A DNA stretch of 64,000 bases. It comes from an uncultured bacterium. Its GTDB lineage: Bacteria > RBG-13-66-14. This document shows, piece by piece, positions 62,241 through 64,000 of this stretch (position 1 is its first letter; the number at the start of each line of letters is the position of its first letter). The position numbers and the translations under genes were made by a program. Where the stretch lies: NCBI GenBank assembly GCA_964436465.1, contig CAYTCV010000006.1:523-64522 (forward strand), read 5' to 3'. Below the pieces are notes generated by a model. It was not told where the DNA came from. It made no database searches and was given only the letters and a program-made list of their open reading frames with translations.

Positions 62241-64000
62241 GCCGCCGGATTGGCGGCGCCCCTGGCGCGACGTCCGCTTCTGGGTCGTCGTCCTGCTCCT
62301 CATCGCCGCGGTCATCCGGCTGGTCCTGCTCCTCCAGCTCGCCGACAGCCCCTTCGGGGATTACCTCGGCATAGACGAGCGGTACTACCACACCCAGGCG
62401 CTGGAAATTGCCGCCGGCGAGGGGCCCGAGCTGCCGTTCTTTATGAGCCCGCTGTACCAGATGGCGCTGGGCGGCGTGTACGCCCTGGCCGGGGGAAGCT
62501 GGTGGACGGTGCGGGTGCTCCAGGCGCTCCTCGGCCTGGGGACGCTATTTCTCGTCTGGCTGACGGCCCGGCGGCTGACGCGGCGGTGGTGGGCGCTGGG
62601 CATCCTCGGCGCGGCGGTGCTCTACTCCCAGTTCTTCTTCACCGAAACCCTCCTGTTGCCCACGACACTGACCACGTTCCTCGTGGTCCTGGGGACGTAC
62701 CTCGCCGTGCGGTACGTCAAGCGCCCGGGCCCGTGGACCGCCGCGGGAATCGGGGGCGCCTTCGCCCTGGCCGCGCTGGCCCACGGCCTTTTAGCCATAC
62801 CGGCGGTCGTCGTGGGACTCTACCTCTTCCTCCGGCGGCTGAAACGGGATAAACGGGCGGCGTTCAAGGAGCTGGGGCTGCTCGTCGCCGCGGCGGTCGT
62901 CGTCGTCGCCCCGGTGACCCTCGCCAACAGCCTGGCCGACGGGCATTTCGTGCCGCTCTCGACCAACGGCGGACTCAACCTCTATCTGGGGAACCAGCCC
63001 GGCGCCGTGGGGCTGTATCGGCCGTACGCGGTGGCCACCTATAGCCTGGACTTCACCGCCCGTTGGCCGGCGGAGCGCGAGGCGGCCGAGAGGAGTATGC
63101 CGCCTCCCTCCGACTCGGAGGTTTCCGCCTACTGGACCCGCCGGTTCTTCGACGAGCTGGAGAAAAACCCCGGACGCATCGCGGGACTGTTCGGGACGCG
63201 GGCGCTGCTCCTTTTAAACGGCTTCGAGTACCCCCAGGTGGAGAATTTCTACTTCGAGGGGGAGTTCGTCCCGCTGTTGAAGTGGCCCTGGCTGAGCCTG
63301 TACGTCCTGCTGCCCCTGGGCGCGGCGGGGCTCGTACTCGGACGGAGGCGAGGGGCGCGGGTCCTGGGCGTCATCGTCCTGGCCTACGCCGTCGCGCTGC
63401 TGCCGTTTTTCGTCACCGCGCGGTTCCGCTTCCCGGTGATTCCGCTGGTAATCATCGGCGCGGGCCTGTTCGTCGAGCGCGTCGTCCGGCTGATTCGCCT
63501 CCGTAAAAAGTGGAAGACAAGTAAAAAACTCAGGCTTAACACGGTCGTCACCGCCGCCGTGCTCATCCCCTTCGTCGCCGCCACGGCCTACAAGCCGGAG
63601 GTAACGCACGCCTACGACAACCTCGCCGTGGGCTACAACAACCTCGGCACCGAGGCCTACGCCCGGGGCGATTACGCCGCGTCGGTGCGCTATCAGGAGC
63701 TGGCCCTCGACCAGAGTCCGGGGATGCTCCCGGCGAGGCTCAACCTGGGACAGGCCCTCCTGGCCGCCGGGGACTACGCTCGCGCCGAGGAGGCATTTAC
63801 GAGTCTGCGGGGAAGCGCTCTGGACCCCATCCGGCGGGAACTTTCCATCGCCCGGGCGCAGCGGGGACGGGGCGACGACCTGGCGGCGTTGGCCACCCTC
63901 CAACTGGCGGCTGAAGCGCCCTTCGCCGACGGCTCGCTCCTGGCCGCCCTGTCGCGGTTGTATGCGGACCTGGGCGACGCCTACCACGCCCGGGAGGCGG
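62218..64000 (+). CDS. PMT/ArnT-like GT-C glycosyltransferase with TPR tail, paralog 2 (3' end beyond window; start uncertain, candidate GTG 62218)
   Basis: Frame +1 reads (V)KHSPSARPPDWRRPWRDVRFWVVVLLLIAAVIRLVLLLQLADSPFGDYLGIDERYYHTQALEIAAGEGPELPFFMSPLYQMALGG. This aligns with paralog 1 (FRRDAKLLLALILVALAARVLYAFDYSDSPLYHFPIIDAGYHSFLARLGAEGSALPGGPYFKPPLYVWFL). TPR repeats start about 63580. It is not in the ORF table because there is no ATG start and no stop in the window. Confidence 0.6.
   Translation, partial: MKHSPSARPPDWRRPWRDVRFWVVVLLLIAAVIRLVLLLQLADSPFGDYLGIDERYYHTQALEIAAGEGPELPFFMSPLYQMALGGVYALAGGSWWTVRVLQALLGLGTLFLVWLTARRLTRRWWALGILGAAVLYSQFFFTETLLLPTTLTTFLVVLGTYLAVRYVKRPGPWTAAGIGGAFALAALAHGLLAIPAVVVGLYLFLRRLKRDKRAAFKELGLLVAAAVVVVAPVTLANSLADGHFVPLSTNGGLNLYLGNQPGAVGLYRPYAVATYSLDFTARWPAEREAAERSMPPPSDSEVSAYWTRRFFDELEKNPGRIAGLFGTRALLLLNGFEYPQVENFYFEGEFVPLLKWPWLSLYVLLPLGAAGLVLGRRRGARVLGVIVLAYAVALLPFFVTARFRFPVIPLVIIGAGLFVERVVRLIRLRKKWKTSKKLRLNTVVTAAVLIPFVAATAYKPEVTHAYDNLAVGYNNLGTEAYARGDYAASVRYQELALDQSPGMLPARLNLGQALLAAGDYARAEEAFTSLRGSALDPIRRELSIARAQRGRGDDLAALATLQLAAEAPFADGSLLAALSRLYADLGDAYHAREA

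Noticed and set aside
62250-62852. A 200-aa + strand ORF (MAAPLARRPLLGRRP...).
   Set aside because: It is the wrong frame of the GT39-like paralog 2 gene. The +1 frame gives a multi-TM protein that aligns with paralog 1.
1-64000. Mobile elements (IS, integrase, phage genes) as an explanation for the low-GC islets and duplications.
   Set aside because: No transposase, integrase, recombinase or phage structural ORF was recognised on either strand. The rearrangements are attributed to REP activity or unknown events rather than to an annotated mobile element.

Overview
This is a 64-kb, high-GC (about 66-68%) bacterial chromosomal segment. Outer-membrane beta-barrels, lipoboxes and SLH domains point to a diderm organism, probably an uncultivated lineage. 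I can support about 65 protein-coding genes, one tRNA-Gly(CCC), several rho-independent terminators and a few sigma70-like promoters. Six clusters of a modular palindromic repeat family resemble REP/BIME elements (cores GTAGGGGCGGG / CCCGCCCTACATTT / CCCCTACGTCATCGCA). Recognisable housekeeping genes include uppS-cdsA-dxr-rseP, fhs, yajC, buk, metG, cinA, fabG and thpR. Also present are an HgdC-like activase with two paralogous dehydratase-like subunits, AI-2E and NicO transporters, and an ABC ATPase. No transposase, integrase or CRISPR array is visible. The most unusual content is: (i) a six-gene envelope operon with two CsgG-family paralogs, two LPP20-like lipoprotein domains, a TPR/SLH lipoprotein and a FecR-domain protein, with no curli or flagellar genes nearby; (ii) a membrane-anchored radical SAM/SPASM enzyme carrying an N-terminal PqqD-like RRE domain and no visible precursor peptide; (iii) a tandem pair of XpaC-like membrane paralogs heading a long array of helical hypothetical genes; (iv) tandem small secreted paralogs, each with its own near-consensus promoter and a conserved leader; (v) rearrangement scars, namely a duplicated DUF169 5' end, a truncated flavodoxin-like ORF next to a REP doublet, and two low-GC islets; (vi) two PMT/ArnT-like GT-C glycosyltransferase paralogs with TPR tails flanking envelope-modification genes. 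All functional calls rest on motif recognition by eye; no database searches were run.
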